Shown here: positions 1 through 10,019 of the stretch, in pieces | Position numbering within the stretch: the stretch's first letter is position 1 | How the letters are laid out: every line of letters begins with the position of its first letter | Source: Nitrosopumilales archaeon | GTDB lineage: Archaea; Thermoproteota; Nitrososphaeria; Nitrososphaerales; Nitrososphaeraceae | Reading direction: 5' to 3' | DNA: 64,000 nt | Assembly (NCBI GenBank): GCA_044507735.1 | Contig: JBIQJB010000002.1 | Location: 64,001-128,000 of the forward strand | Notes under the pieces: generated by a model | Database searches by the model: none | Told to the model about the DNA's origin: nothing | What the model saw: the letters and a program-made list of their open reading frames with translations, nothing else | Made by a program: the position numbers and the translations under genes

Positions 1-15
1 ACTGTTACAAGGCAG

Positions 16-1104
16 TTGCAGGCAAGCAAAGGCAACCACTATATCGACTATTCAATTCATGCGTCGATACTAAGACCGGAGCAGGTCGAGGATGTGCGTT
101 ACCTGAAAGAGCTTGGCATAAACTCGCTCAAAATCTACATGAACCTTGGTGCAGACCTCAACCACATCTACATGGATCAGGACCCTGGTGCTCATGAAGT
201 CAGGGACGGCGAGGTGAACATGACGGACGAGCTGCTGTCTTCGATAGTGAGGGAGGGTGCAATGGCTCACTCTACCGTGCTGGTGCATGCGGAGAATCCT
301 GAAATGTGCTCTGAGCACATGCGCGTCGGAAAGGAAAAACAGATGAGTGGACTCAAAGCATGGTCGGACTGTCGTCCATCGTCTTCAGAGGCAACAAGCG
401 TCGCCAAGGTATCAGAGCTTGCAAGGAAATTTGGGGCTAACCTGTACTTTGTGCATGTGGGGTCAACTGCAGCGCTTGATGCGATACTGTCTGAGCGGGA
501 AAAAGGCAGATCAAACTACTACATCGAAACATGCCCACAGTATCTGACACATACAGTCGATTTTGATAATATCAAGGGGAAGGTAGTCCCGCCTCTCCGA
601 TCGAAAAGTGATCTTCAGAGTATGTGGTCTGCCCTCAGAAACGGCATAGTTGACACGATGGGAACTGATCATGTGGCAAACAGACTCGACATGAAGATGG
701 GCAATGGGGACATCTGGACTGCACTAGCTGGTTTCCCCGGAATTGCCACCATGCTGCCGGTACTCCTTAGCCACGGTGTGAATCAGGACAGGATAAGCAT
801 CGAGAGAGTCGCAGAGGTCACTAGCTATAACACTGCCCGAATATTTGGAATGTATCCTAAGAAGGGCACCATACAGCCCGGCTCTGACGCAGACTTGACA
901 ATAGTGGACCTCGATCTCGAGCAAGAGGTGACTCCCGATCTGTTGCAGTCGTATTCTGACTATTCAATCTATGATGGCTACAGGCTGCGAGGCTGGCCCG
1001 TGGTGACGATCGTCAGGGGAAAGATTGTGATGGAGAACGGTCGGGTGGTCAGCGAGGCGCTCGGGCACGGTGAATTCGTTCCGCGCCCCGTTGCCATCAC
1101 TTAG
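16..1104 (+). CDS. Amidohydrolase, dihydropyrimidinase/allantoinase/dihydroorotase family (5' end probably outside the window)
   Basis: VLVHAEN, YFVHVGS, ETCPQYL, GTDH and KKGTIQPGSDADLTIVD motifs of cyclic amidohydrolases; the N-terminal HxH motif is missing, so the gene is likely truncated by the window edge. Confidence 0.85.
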   Translation: MQASKGNHYIDYSIHASILRPEQVEDVRYLKELGINSLKIYMNLGADLNHIYMDQDPGAHEVRDGEVNMTDELLSSIVREGAMAHSTVLVHAENPEMCSEHMRVGKEKQMSGLKAWSDCRPSSSEATSVAKVSELARKFGANLYFVHVGSTAALDAILSEREKGRSNYYIETCPQYLTHTVDFDNIKGKVVPPLRSKSDLQSMWSALRNGIVDTMGTDHVANRLDMKMGNGDIWTALAGFPGIATMLPVLLSHGVNQDRISIERVAEVTSYNTARIFGMYPKKGTIQPGSDADLTIVDLDLEQEVTPDLLQSYSDYSIYDGYRLRGWPVVTIVRGKIVMENGRVVSEALGHGEFVPRPVAIT

Positions 1105-1462
1105 GTTTTGTCTTGTCTTCCACCAGCTTGTATCTTGATAGCCACTTGTAGGCAAGGAATACGATAAACGCGATTATCAGGAAGTCGATTATTTCTGAAA
1201 TCAAGTGTCCGTACCTAAACTGCGACGGGTTGTCTGAAACTCCCGTTGCGTTCACATACAGTTGTTCGAGGTTCCCTGATGGCAGAAACAGTCCTACCAA
1301 CGGGTTGACAATGTCGTCTACCAAGGATGTGACCAGTGAAGACGATGCGGCTCCAATAATGAATGCGATCGCAAGTCCAATAACTCCAAACGTCTTTAAG
1401 AAGTCTACGAATTCTTGAATAATGTTCTTTCTGTCTACAGTAGGAGGAGGGCTCTCAGCCAT
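1097..1462 (-). CDS. mscL: Large-conductance mechanosensitive channel MscL
   Basis: EFVDFLKTFGVIGLAIAFIIG, LVTSLVDDIVNP and YGHLISEIIDFLIIAFIVF match MscL TM1 and TM2. Confidence 0.9.
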   Translation of the reverse strand: MAESPPPTVDRKNIIQEFVDFLKTFGVIGLAIAFIIGAASSSLVTSLVDDIVNPLVGLFLPSGNLEQLYVNATGVSDNPSQFRYGHLISEIIDFLIIAFIVFLAYKWLSRYKLVEDKTKPK

Positions 1463-1573
1463 TACCTTGTCTCTGCAGCGCCCACTAATACAGGTTGTGT
1501 AGCTATGGCTGAGGGGTCTGATGGACGCAACGGGAACAGCAAAGACCTCTGCTGGGCTTCTGCTGCCCAGAAC

Positions 1574-1897
1574 CTATGCGGCCTCTGTCCCCCTCATCCT
1601 TCTGATCTCTTCCCTCAAGGACCTAAGCTCTGACCTTAACGCCTCCGATTCTTGCAATTCCGGAGACTTTTCATCCTTCACTCCTGCTTTGGCCGCAATC
1701 CTTCCGATGGCTATCGTGGCAATTACTGCTACGATGGTGACAACTACCGCGTAGATGATCATCGGCAATACGCCACTCTGCTCTCCAAAAGCTACTCTGA
1801 ATATTTCCTGAATGGCAGTATTCCAAGCAAGGGCTGCGACAAGACCAAATGCTGCGGTGATAAGGCCCGCCAGTGCCTTGACAATTTCTTGGTTCAA
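1574..1897 (-). CDS. Small two-TM membrane protein (DUF5654-like)
   Basis: LITAAFGLVAALAWNTAI motif, second TM helix, coiled C-terminal tail. Confidence 0.7.
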   Translation of the reverse strand: MNQEIVKALAGLITAAFGLVAALAWNTAIQEIFRVAFGEQSGVLPMIIYAVVVTIVAVIATIAIGRIAAKAGVKDEKSPELQESEALRSELRSLREEIRRMRGTEAA

Positions 1898-2005
1898 CGC
1901 ATTCTCCGGAGTAACTCGATAATTAAGGGTTGACTATAATGCTTATGAAAATTTGTACTGCTCTGTACTAGTGAGGAAATTTAGATTCATGACGATCTAA
2001 AAGGC

Positions 2006-2674
2006 CTAAACCGTCTCAAACGTGCCGTCATCTTTTGCCTTGTAGTATACGTCGGCTCGACGCGTAAACAGTCCCACTTCAAGTACTCCTGCTATGCTCT
2101 TTAATTCGATCTCGCTCTTCCTTGGATCTGGGATAGAAGGAAATGTCGTGTCCAGTATGATATTGCCGTTTTCCGTGACAAACGGGTATCCCTTGTCAAG
2201 GACGCGAAGCAATGGCCTGCCGCCTGCCTCTGACAGCTTTCTTATCACAGCTGATCGTGCCATCGGATGCACCTCTATAGGGACTGACCTCACAAGTGAC
2301 TGCACGAACTTGGTCGCATCTGCAACAATGACTACCTGCTTTGCAGACGAAATCAGAATCTTTTCACGCAACAGTGCTCCTCCTCCGCCCTTTATCATGT
2401 TGCCGTTGCTGTCTATCTGGTCTGCGCCGTCAAACACGATATCAATGTCTGGAATCCTGTTCTCGTCTGCGATTTTAAGCCCACTCTTTTCAGCTTCTAT
2501 CTTTATTTGAAGCGACGTAGGGACAAATTCTATCGATCCCTTGTTCGGCAGTTTTGACATCTCTCGAACTATGTGTGCCGCTGTGCTGCCGCTACCAAGT
2601 CCAATGACTTTCGCATTTCCAACACGCTTTACTGCATCTGCGGCCAGTTTCTGGATAGCGTCCTGCAACGACAA
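2006..2674 (-). CDS. rpiA: Ribose-5-phosphate isomerase A
   Basis: GLGSGST, DGADQ and KGGGGALLREK signature motifs. Confidence 0.97.
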   Translation of the reverse strand: MSLQDAIQKLAADAVKRVGNAKVIGLGSGSTAAHIVREMSKLPNKGSIEFVPTSLQIKIEAEKSGLKIADENRIPDIDIVFDGADQIDSNGNMIKGGGGALLREKILISSAKQVVIVADATKFVQSLVRSVPIEVHPMARSAVIRKLSEAGGRPLLRVLDKGYPFVTENGNIILDTTFPSIPDPRKSEIELKSIAGVLEVGLFTRRADVYYKAKDDGTFETV

Positions 2675-2699
2675 TATGTGGACAAGAACGGTTGCTAGG

Positions 2700-2713
2700 T
2701 TTTATATATAAAA
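2700..2713. promoter_or_regulatory. Palindromic TATA box TTTTATATATAAAA upstream of rpiA
   Basis: Perfect 14-bp AT palindrome about 26 nt upstream of the rpiA TTG start, typical spacing for a leaderless archaeal promoter. Confidence 0.6.
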
Positions 2714-3293
2714 TGATTGGTTCCGGCACGAAGAGAGAGCAGAACCGATCAGCAACCGCTTAGGTGCCGTCGGACTTTAATGATAATAGGCTCTTACGTC
2801 ATTTGACCTACGGCATGGATGAGCTCTTCGCCATCGTTGTGTCTTGATCTGCACAACTCTCGAAAAAGGAGAAACAACAGAAAAAATTTCAGGATCTGTG
2901 GACCTTTCTCAGGTCAAAGCGCGGCCCGTTTACATCTGGGTTCAGGTACCTGCTCGATAAGTATCTTGTGATATCGCTGGCGCCTGAAGCCTGCGATGCC
3001 TGGTGCCTGTATTTGCTCGTTAAGGAAAGGACATCTGACAGACCTGCCTGTTCGGACTGCCCCACAATGTCGCAGAACATGCTCGTTGGGTGGCATGTCG
3101 CCTGAATGCCTGTCCCCTTCTTAGTCCATTTTAGCATTCCAAGGTGGGAATCTATTGACTTCTCCCATGTCGGATCATTCTCGACAAGCCATCTCGGGAT
3201 CCTGTTGCTGTTGTTCTGCATTACAGGAATAACGGGATTCTTTGTTAATTTATTGTTTGTGTTCTCCTATTCTCCCTCGGTCATTTTTCTAAT

Positions 3294-4013
3294 TTGGATA
3301 ATGTTATTAGAAAGAATCTTCTAGTAGATTTCCAATTGTCGTCGACATCCCCGTCAGACAATTCGCATCCGACAACTCCTCCACCAATCCTGACGAAGAA
3401 AGACAGGATTGCGGAGCTTGCAGATGAAATAGTATCACTCGATACCAAGAATGTCGGTGCCACTCTCGCGGAGGTGCTAAAGAGGGTAGCAGCATCTGAC
3501 AGGTCGCACGTTTACTGGACGTGCAAGAAATACCTGCAGGACGAATATGGACTCTTGATAGCAGATTCGGGGCACGTAGGGATTTCAGACAGATACATAC
3601 CTAACCTGATGTTCCCCGGCGATATCATTGTCTATGCGGTCGTCGACATGCTCAAGACCGGTGACTTTATCCAAGTGCTGCAGCTGACTGATGTTAAGGA
3701 TCTGTCTGTAGAACACGTCAAGGTAACCAAGGTCAGCATAATCGATGGCTCGGTGACCGTCGAAGATCCGCTTTCTGGCTTCACATACATTGTGTCAAAG
3801 CATAATGTCATTGGCAAGGCCGTAAAAGTAATAACGGCTTTTTCTCAGGAGTGGGAGCATGTCTTTTATGAGTTCAAGGACCGCAAGTGGTTGCTAAAGA
3901 CACTGAAAAAGAACCTTGACCTCTATAAGAGCGCTGGCTATTCCAAACAGCGTCAGATAGTTGGCGAGATAGAAAGAAGGATGTCCAAGTTAAAGGAGGA
4001 GCCAAGGTGGTAG
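3294..4013 (+). CDS. Hypothetical protein, possible degenerate peptidase S24/S26-like fold
   Basis: 239-aa ORF with PGDII...LKTGDFI...EHVKV...VIGKAV spacing. Confidence 0.5.
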   Translation: MDNVIRKNLLVDFQLSSTSPSDNSHPTTPPPILTKKDRIAELADEIVSLDTKNVGATLAEVLKRVAASDRSHVYWTCKKYLQDEYGLLIADSGHVGISDRYIPNLMFPGDIIVYAVVDMLKTGDFIQVLQLTDVKDLSVEHVKVTKVSIIDGSVTVEDPLSGFTYIVSKHNVIGKAVKVITAFSQEWEHVFYEFKDRKWLLKTLKKNLDLYKSAGYSKQRQIVGEIERRMSKLKEEPRW

Positions 4014-4053
4014 GATGATATATAATACGCATTATAGTAGCCTGCTAGCATAT

Positions 4054-4161
4054 ATGCCACGGAAACGCGACATTAGAAAGACTCATGCTTACAGCGCCCA
4101 GAGGTCGGGGAGCAAAAAATACGCCAAGGCTGAAAGGCGGAGGCGCCACAAGCCTAGGTAA
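4054..4161 (+). CDS. 35-aa very basic small protein (MPRKRDIRKTHAYSAQRSGSKKYAKAERRRRHKPR)
   Basis: Hand-translated ATG..TAA; ATATATAA TATA-like element about 30 nt upstream; T-tract immediately after the stop. Confidence 0.6.
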   Translation: MPRKRDIRKTHAYSAQRSGSKKYAKAERRRRHKPR

Positions 4162-4290
4162 TTTTTCTTAGTAAGAATCGAGCTGAACAATATCGTACCT
4201 TTGAGCTGAGAGGGCCTTCCGTCTTTTAGGTAAAACTTTATATACTAGAATAAAACATAAATATAGGCTGTCAAAGACAGCGAGAAAATT

Positions 4291-5217
4291 TTGGTGAAAA
4301 AAGTGGTCAAAGATATTTCCATGTTTGGAGACCGTTGTCCCCGTTGCGGCAAGGGCTCTATGGTGACAGACAACTCTAGCGGCGAAATGTTTTGCGGTAA
4401 CTGTGGATTTGTGGTTAGCGAAAGGATAGAAGAGCTCGGACCGGAATGGCGCGCGTTCTCAAAGGAAGAGCACGAGGATAGAAGCAGGGCAGGAATTCCT
4501 ACATCCCTTGCGATGCATGACATGGGGCTTGCAACAATCATCGGCCCAGTCGACAAGGATGCTTCAGGTAAACCACTCTCTGCTTCAATGAAAAGCACCA
4601 TTGAAAGGCTGCGCACTTGGGACAGCAGAAGCCAGGTGCATGAGCCGGTCGACCGCAACTTCCGACAGGCTTTCTCCGAGCTTGATAGGCTCAAGGACAA
4701 GCTGGCGGTAGGGGACGCGGTAATTGAAAAGGCAGCCTATGTTTACAGAAAGGCGCTTGAGAAGGGCCTGGTGCGCGGACGATCTATATCTGCGCTTGTC
4801 GCGGCCGCGTTGTACGCAGCATGTCGTGACACTGAAACTCCAAGGACACTTAAGGACATCGCAAACGCAAGCAACATCAAGAAAAAGGATGTCGCAAGGT
4901 GCTACAGACTACTCATCCGGGAGCTCGACTTGAAGATGCCTGTCGTCGATCCTGTGAAATGTGTGGCAAGGATAGCGAGCAAGGCTGGTCTGTCAGAAAG
5001 AACAAAGCGAAAGGCTCTTGACATCTTGAAGAAGGCTGAAGAGGGCAAGATCTCTGCAGGCAAGGACCCTATGGGATTGGCAGCAGCTGCATTGTATGTA
5101 GCATGCGTCATGAATGGCGAGAATAAAACACAGAAGGATGTCGCCGAAGCTGCCGGTGTCACCGAGGTGACTATCCGGAACCGCTACAAGGGGCTCAAGA
5201 CGCACCTCAGGCTTTGA
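4291..5217 (+). CDS. tfb: Transcription initiation factor IIB (TFB)
   Basis: CPRC...CGNC Zn ribbon, GPEWRAF B-reader, two cyclin repeats, TQKDVAEAAGVTEVTIRNRYK HTH. Confidence 0.97.
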   Translation: MVKKVVKDISMFGDRCPRCGKGSMVTDNSSGEMFCGNCGFVVSERIEELGPEWRAFSKEEHEDRSRAGIPTSLAMHDMGLATIIGPVDKDASGKPLSASMKSTIERLRTWDSRSQVHEPVDRNFRQAFSELDRLKDKLAVGDAVIEKAAYVYRKALEKGLVRGRSISALVAAALYAACRDTETPRTLKDIANASNIKKKDVARCYRLLIRELDLKMPVVDPVKCVARIASKAGLSERTKRKALDILKKAEEGKISAGKDPMGLAAAALYVACVMNGENKTQKDVAEAAGVTEVTIRNRYKGLKTHLRL

Positions 5218-5656
5218 GGGCGCCTTCTACTAACTTTTTTCTCTCCTGTATTAGTTCCTTAAGCGTGTCAATTAGCTCACGCATCTTTTGTTCCTTCTCT
5301 GTGTCGACTATCATGCCAAGGCAGACGACAATGTCTGAATCGATCGAAAGCAATTGTTCAAGCTCTTTCTCCCGTACAATGCCATTTGGCGTCAGCACTC
5401 TTGTATATCCGTCCGACACGGTGTGAAAGAGAGTCTTTGTCAAGAGGTCGTCAAGCTCGGTGCTCAGCCTGATCGATTTTTTTATTTCGCTCACCTTTGC
5501 CTTGATGTTGTGGCTAATAAGTCTGTCAAGAGATCGCATTTCGACATAACTGGATCTGCCTGTGGCTATGCCCTTTTGCACAATAGACGCGATTCTCACC
5601 GTTTCATCAAGGCGGCTCTCCAGCCTACGCTGTCTCCTGAAATTTTTGTGCACCAC
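5207..5656 (-). CDS. Hypothetical protein
   Basis: 149-aa helical ORF, convergent with tfb. Confidence 0.65.
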   Translation of the reverse strand: MVHKNFRRQRRLESRLDETVRIASIVQKGIATGRSSYVEMRSLDRLISHNIKAKVSEIKKSIRLSTELDDLLTKTLFHTVSDGYTRVLTPNGIVREKELEQLLSIDSDIVVCLGMIVDTEKEQKMRELIDTLKELIQERKKLVEGALKA

Positions 5657-5731
5657 GCAAATTCTAGTCCGGCCGGCTTAAATGCCTTCGTGTGAAAATA
5701 TTAATCCAAGGAAAACTGTTCTGCAGAACCC

Positions 5732-6040
5732 TTACTGGACTTCGATCGCTTCCTCGTTGAATCCCATCTTGACAAGGTAGCCTTTGACATCGTCGCGATG
5801 GTCCCCCTGTAGCATTATAAAGCCATCCTTTGCAGTCCCGCCACAGGCAAAAGTACTTTTTAGCTCTTTGACGATCTTTTGCATGTCGCTTTGTTTTGGG
5901 TTGATGCCTTCGATAAGGGTTGTTGTCTTGGAAAATCTTCTTGTTTCAAGGCGGACGACGATTCGGGCTTCTTCTTTGTCTAGTTCCCCGCAGGCACAAA
6001 GGTCATCAGGGAGACCGCATTTTTTGCAGATAACCGCCAT
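5732..6040 (-). CDS. Translation initiation factor aIF1 (SUI1)
   Basis: CKKCGLPDDLCAC N-terminus, ELKSTFACGGT and LQGDHR SUI1 motifs. Confidence 0.95.
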   Translation of the reverse strand: MAVICKKCGLPDDLCACGELDKEEARIVVRLETRRFSKTTTLIEGINPKQSDMQKIVKELKSTFACGGTAKDGFIMLQGDHRDDVKGYLVKMGFNEEAIEVQ

Positions 6041-6581
6041 CGAGTAACACAGGTTTCACAAATCCTATTATTAAGCCTTATTATCTCAGGTTCCGTCTAG
6101 TCTTCAGTCGATGGGGGCATATTGGACATCTTTCTACTCTGGTGTCCTATAGTTGGCTTTAGAGAACCGGTAATCCTCACAGTCGATACACCATCGACTT
6201 TTGAATCGCCAACGGAAGAATTGACAATGAAAAAATCCGAGCGCAAGCTCGTGTGCTTCTGCAGTGGGGATAGCCAGGCAGCTGCAGCAACAACATTGGG
6301 CATTTTGGGTACACTACCACGTATGCCATGTTGGCAGAAAGATAGCCGCAAATGATTCCTCTTCTCGTGCATGTCTTGAGCATAACAAGCAGGAGGGGAG
6401 CAGCGGCAGTTGCATTTGCAGTAGCGGGCATTTGGCTATGCCTCTAATGCTCCGGTGGGAGCATGTACGATCGATGGCATTGGAAACCTAGAACCTTTTG
6501 GGGCTGAGAGGATGTCAGTGAAAGTCCTACTGCGTGAGCACAAAGAAGAAATTGGCCGGCCACCTACAGTATATCTATACG

Positions 6582-6956
6582 ATGTCCTCACAGGATAGCG
6601 CGGGAAGGATCAAGTCGGCAGCATCGCTCCTTGTAAAGGGCGGTACTCTGACAAGTGAGGCGTGCCCTAAATGTGGAGGCGTACAAGTGCGTTTTGCCAA
6701 CAATACAACATGCATCAACTGTGGCAACGAAACAAAGGCGAGTGTTGCCCCTGCAGAGCAGGCGGAACCAGAGAAGGCACAATCCCAGACCGCCACGGCT
6801 CTCACCTCTTCTGTTTCCTCAATCATGAAGGAAAAGATTGAATCTCTTGCAGTAGAGATAAAAACCGAGAACGACCTTGCCATCCTAAAGCAAAAGGCAG
6901 AGCTCTTGGAGAGCTATCTTCGGATTCTGGAAAAGGCAAACAACCTGATGGGCTAA
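6582..6956 (+). CDS. Autoantigen p27 (UPF0148)-like Zn-ribbon protein
   Basis: AASLLVKGGTLTSEACPKCGG...CINCG; start moved to ATG 6582. Confidence 0.8.
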   Translation: MSSQDSAGRIKSAASLLVKGGTLTSEACPKCGGVQVRFANNTTCINCGNETKASVAPAEQAEPEKAQSQTATALTSSVSSIMKEKIESLAVEIKTENDLAILKQKAELLESYLRILEKANNLMG

Positions 6957-7003
6957 TCACCAGCGGAATGTATTTAAGCGCTTAAAGACTAACAGCACCT
7001 GCG

Positions 7004-7174
7004 ATGAGCAGTAAGAAAAAGAATGCTCCACTGCCGGCTTCAAGTGCCGGTCTTCTCAGGTTCTTTGAGGATGAGACGAAGGGGATAAAGATCAAACCTG
7101 AGATCGTGATGGGGATAACTGGCGGAGTTATAGGTGCTTCACTTCTAATCAGAATTCTATTCCCTGTCGGTTGA
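7004..7174 (+). CDS. secG: Protein translocase subunit Sec61beta (archaeal SecG), 56 aa
   Basis: Hand-translated: SAGLLRFFEDETKGIKIKPEIV plus a C-terminal TM helix; absent from the ORF track. Confidence 0.92.
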   Translation: MSSKKKNAPLPASSAGLLRFFEDETKGIKIKPEIVMGITGGVIGASLLIRILFPVG

Positions 7175-7180
7175 GCGGCA

Positions 7181-8947
7181 ATGCTTGCCCCCGGTCGTCA
7201 CGACGACGATGTAACTAATATTCATAGACGTTGGTCTTTTACCACCATCGGGCCGTCGTCCGCCAAGATGTCATATGGAATCTGGCTTGGATGTGCCATT
7301 GGTATCATCGTTGTCGCTCATCTGTATTACTTCCCGGACGGAGTTCAAAGCCTACTGATTTATCTGCCATTAGGCATTTCCGTATTGGTAGGGTCGCACT
7401 TTCTTGACTATGTGGCACTGCACGGAACACCTGTGAACAAGCTGGCAAAGGTGGCTCATGTCTCCGCATTTGCCAATGGGCTTTGGCTTCTGACGGTTCT
7501 CTTGGGAATCGCAGCCGATATCGTCTTTGCCAAGCCTCCCGGGTTTGACTATATCATCGCAGGTATGCTTCTTGCCACCGGGCTCAGAATCGGCATATTC
7601 ACCTCTGTATTTGGGGCCGGATTCGGCAGAGCGATACCTGTTTCATTCATACAGCCTGTGCTCTTTGTTCTTGCATTTGTACCATTGTCGTACCACTCCC
7701 TGGACAACCTGAGCTCTCCTGGGACTGCTTTCGGCGTTGCCTTTCTTGCACTTGGGATTATGTGGGCCGTCATCGCAGACAGGGCAGGGAGGCCGGCGAT
7801 AAAAAGTACATTTGGTGTTCTACAGGCTTTCATTGCTGCATGGACCGAGCACAGAGCAGACAAGATGGAAGAGATTACCGAAGCAAAGGCTCATGATGAT
7901 ACCGTCTCCACAAAAATTATCCGCTTTGGCCGGCAGGCCGCGATTGTGTTGCCTGACATTCACCCCGGACCTTTCAACACGGTGGGCGGGAGCAACCTTC
8001 CATATGTGCTTCATCTAACCTTTGACAAGTCTGCGCTCGTAATGCACAGCGTTTCTGACCATTCACTTAACCTTCCATCAAGACGCGAAGTTGAACGATA
8101 CATCAAGGGCATCGAGCGTGCTACTACTGTAGAAAAGGGTGCCACCTGTACAGTTCCAGTTCAAATCAAGATCAACAATTCAACCACGACTGGGGTCGCA
8201 TTTGGAAACGTAGCACTGATCATGCTGTCGCTTGCCCCAAAAGGCATGGATGATATACCTCATGCCGTGAGAGCTGAACTAGAATCCTTTGGACTTTCCC
8301 ATGGATTTTCAGACGTGCTTGTGGTGGATTGCCATAATGCAATGGGCAAACACCTATCAGATTCGGACAGGGACGACCTTGTTACATCGGGAAAAAAATG
8401 CCTCGAGCAGCTTAGAAAGGAACCTCAACATGAGTTCAAGATAGGTTTTGCTGGCATGACTGACATTTCGCATACGCCCGAGCTGCAGGGCGAGCTAGGT
8501 CAGGCTGGACTTGCAGTTCTGGTAATCCAAATCCAAGGTAAGAACTATGCGATAGGCTGGGCCGACTCGAACAACATGGAGAACCGATTGCGCGATCACG
8601 TGGTCTCGAGCCTAGTTGAAAGCGACATTGGTGTCACCCTTCTGGAGCTCTGCTCATCCGACACACATTCTACTTCTGGGAAGAGGACTCGGGAAGGATA
8701 CTTTGCGCTTGGTACAATCAGTAGGGCAGATGGAATTGCTGCCGCATATCGCCAGCTATGTTCTCAAGCTGTCGTGCAGGTTTCGAAATCAACGTTCGAG
8801 CTTGATTCTGCGCAGACCCTGGTCAAGGTGATGGGCAAGCAGCAGTTCGAAGACTATTCGAGTGCACTTGACAGGTCTATGAATGTGACCAAGATATTCC
8901 TTGCTATTACTATTGCAGTGTATATTGCAATGCTCGTTTTGTCCTAA
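7181..8947 (+). CDS. DUF2070-family membrane protein
   Basis: Multi-TM N-terminus; IHPGPF..VGGSNLP, DCHN, DSNNM and SDTH motifs. Confidence 0.85.
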   Translation: MLAPGRHDDDVTNIHRRWSFTTIGPSSAKMSYGIWLGCAIGIIVVAHLYYFPDGVQSLLIYLPLGISVLVGSHFLDYVALHGTPVNKLAKVAHVSAFANGLWLLTVLLGIAADIVFAKPPGFDYIIAGMLLATGLRIGIFTSVFGAGFGRAIPVSFIQPVLFVLAFVPLSYHSLDNLSSPGTAFGVAFLALGIMWAVIADRAGRPAIKSTFGVLQAFIAAWTEHRADKMEEITEAKAHDDTVSTKIIRFGRQAAIVLPDIHPGPFNTVGGSNLPYVLHLTFDKSALVMHSVSDHSLNLPSRREVERYIKGIERATTVEKGATCTVPVQIKINNSTTTGVAFGNVALIMLSLAPKGMDDIPHAVRAELESFGLSHGFSDVLVVDCHNAMGKHLSDSDRDDLVTSGKKCLEQLRKEPQHEFKIGFAGMTDISHTPELQGELGQAGLAVLVIQIQGKNYAIGWADSNNMENRLRDHVVSSLVESDIGVTLLELCSSDTHSTSGKRTREGYFALGTISRADGIAAAYRQLCSQAVVQVSKSTFELDSAQTLVKVMGKQQFEDYSSALDRSMNVTKIFLAITIAVYIAMLVLS

Positions 8948-9651
8948 AGCGTGATAGAATAGATCTCAGGCAGGAATCCTTCAACTTCCATCACAAAAGA
9001 CCTGAATTTGTGAACGGGTACCACTGGCACTCTGCCCTCTACAAACGCAACGGGCCCTGCGCGCAGAGTCATTATTACGGGTACCACTCTCGATATGGAC
9101 TTATCTGAACTGAGTAGACGCTTGCTCCTCTCTGCCTGCTTTCTGGCATAGGCGGCCACTGATGATGTACTGCCACTGCTCCTCTTCCAATGCTTGCAGT
9201 CGACCGCTATGGCAAAACCCGCAGAGACCCCCACTACATCGATCTCCATCCGCGGCCTTGTGAATCGCACATTGGTCTGCGTGCGATATCCGAGCGACGA
9301 AAGCACTTCTGCTGCAAGCCTCTCAAAGTCCTTCCAAGTTAAATGTTCTGAAACCCGCTCGATACTGCATCCTGATTGCACCGCTAGCATGGTTGCATAA
9401 ACTCTACTAGTCGCTTCAAACTTTATCACGTCAGCTCCTGCAACAACTGTGGCAAGGCCATTTGACTTTAAAAAATCAATAACGCTTCTTGCAACCGATC
9501 TGCTCGCAATCCCTGATGCAGATTGGAATTTCTCAATTGTGGTTTCGGGCTCCATAGCTGCAAGAGCCTTAACAATCAGCTCAGGATGCACTCTGCGTGA
9601 TATGGTTATTCCGCTGATATTTAAGTCCAGCAAGTAAAAATAAAGCCGCAT
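8944..9651 (-). CDS. Mrr-like PD-(D/E)xK restriction endonuclease-fold protein
   Basis: WKDFERLAAEVLSSLGY...EIDVVG...AVDCKHW; true start probably downstream of the listed one. Confidence 0.8.
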   Translation of the reverse strand: MRLYFYLLDLNISGITISRRVHPELIVKALAAMEPETTIEKFQSASGIASRSVARSVIDFLKSNGLATVVAGADVIKFEATSRVYATMLAVQSGCSIERVSEHLTWKDFERLAAEVLSSLGYRTQTNVRFTRPRMEIDVVGVSAGFAIAVDCKHWKRSSGSTSSVAAYARKQAERSKRLLSSDKSISRVVPVIMTLRAGPVAFVEGRVPVVPVHKFRSFVMEVEGFLPEIYSITL

Positions 9652-9665
9652 ATCTTTTTCACGTC

Positions 9666-10019
9666 ATGCCCGACTGGACGGATTTTGCAGCACTCTTTTG
9701 CGCATCGCTGGTTGTGATTGGGGCGGCCGCGCTGGCAGATGCAGCTCAGAACTTTACAATAGTCCGTGGTAGGGTGATTGAAAAGGGCGTTGCTACACTT
9801 GACCTTGGAGAAGGGAGCTCGTATAATACGCCTACCGTATCGGTGCTTCTTGAAAATAACGACAGGGTCTTTAGGATAGTGCGAGGTATGGTGGTCACGT
9901 ATGCTGTGTCAGAGGACGACGCTCAGAGGGTGACAGTCGGTTCAAGCGTAGAGATCTTGGTGTCAACACACAACCATCTCGCAAGAGTCGTCAGCGTTCA
10001 AGACTCTGGCATCCGCTAG
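9666..10019 (+). CDS. Hypothetical membrane-anchored protein
   Basis: N-terminal hydrophobic helix followed by a beta-rich domain. Confidence 0.6.
   Translation: MPDWTDFAALFCASLVVIGAAALADAAQNFTIVRGRVIEKGVATLDLGEGSSYNTPTVSVLLENNDRVFRIVRGMVVTYAVSEDDAQRVTVGSSVEILVSTHNHLARVVSVQDSGIR

Noticed and set aside
2889-3283. 110-aa minus-strand ORF with an upstream ATG followed by an in-frame TAG
   Set aside because: No recognisable motif; more likely a decayed gene than stop-codon readthrough
6097-6491. Overlapping short ORFs faintly resembling an amino-acid permease fragment
   Set aside because: Multiple stops and frame changes; similarity too weak to call
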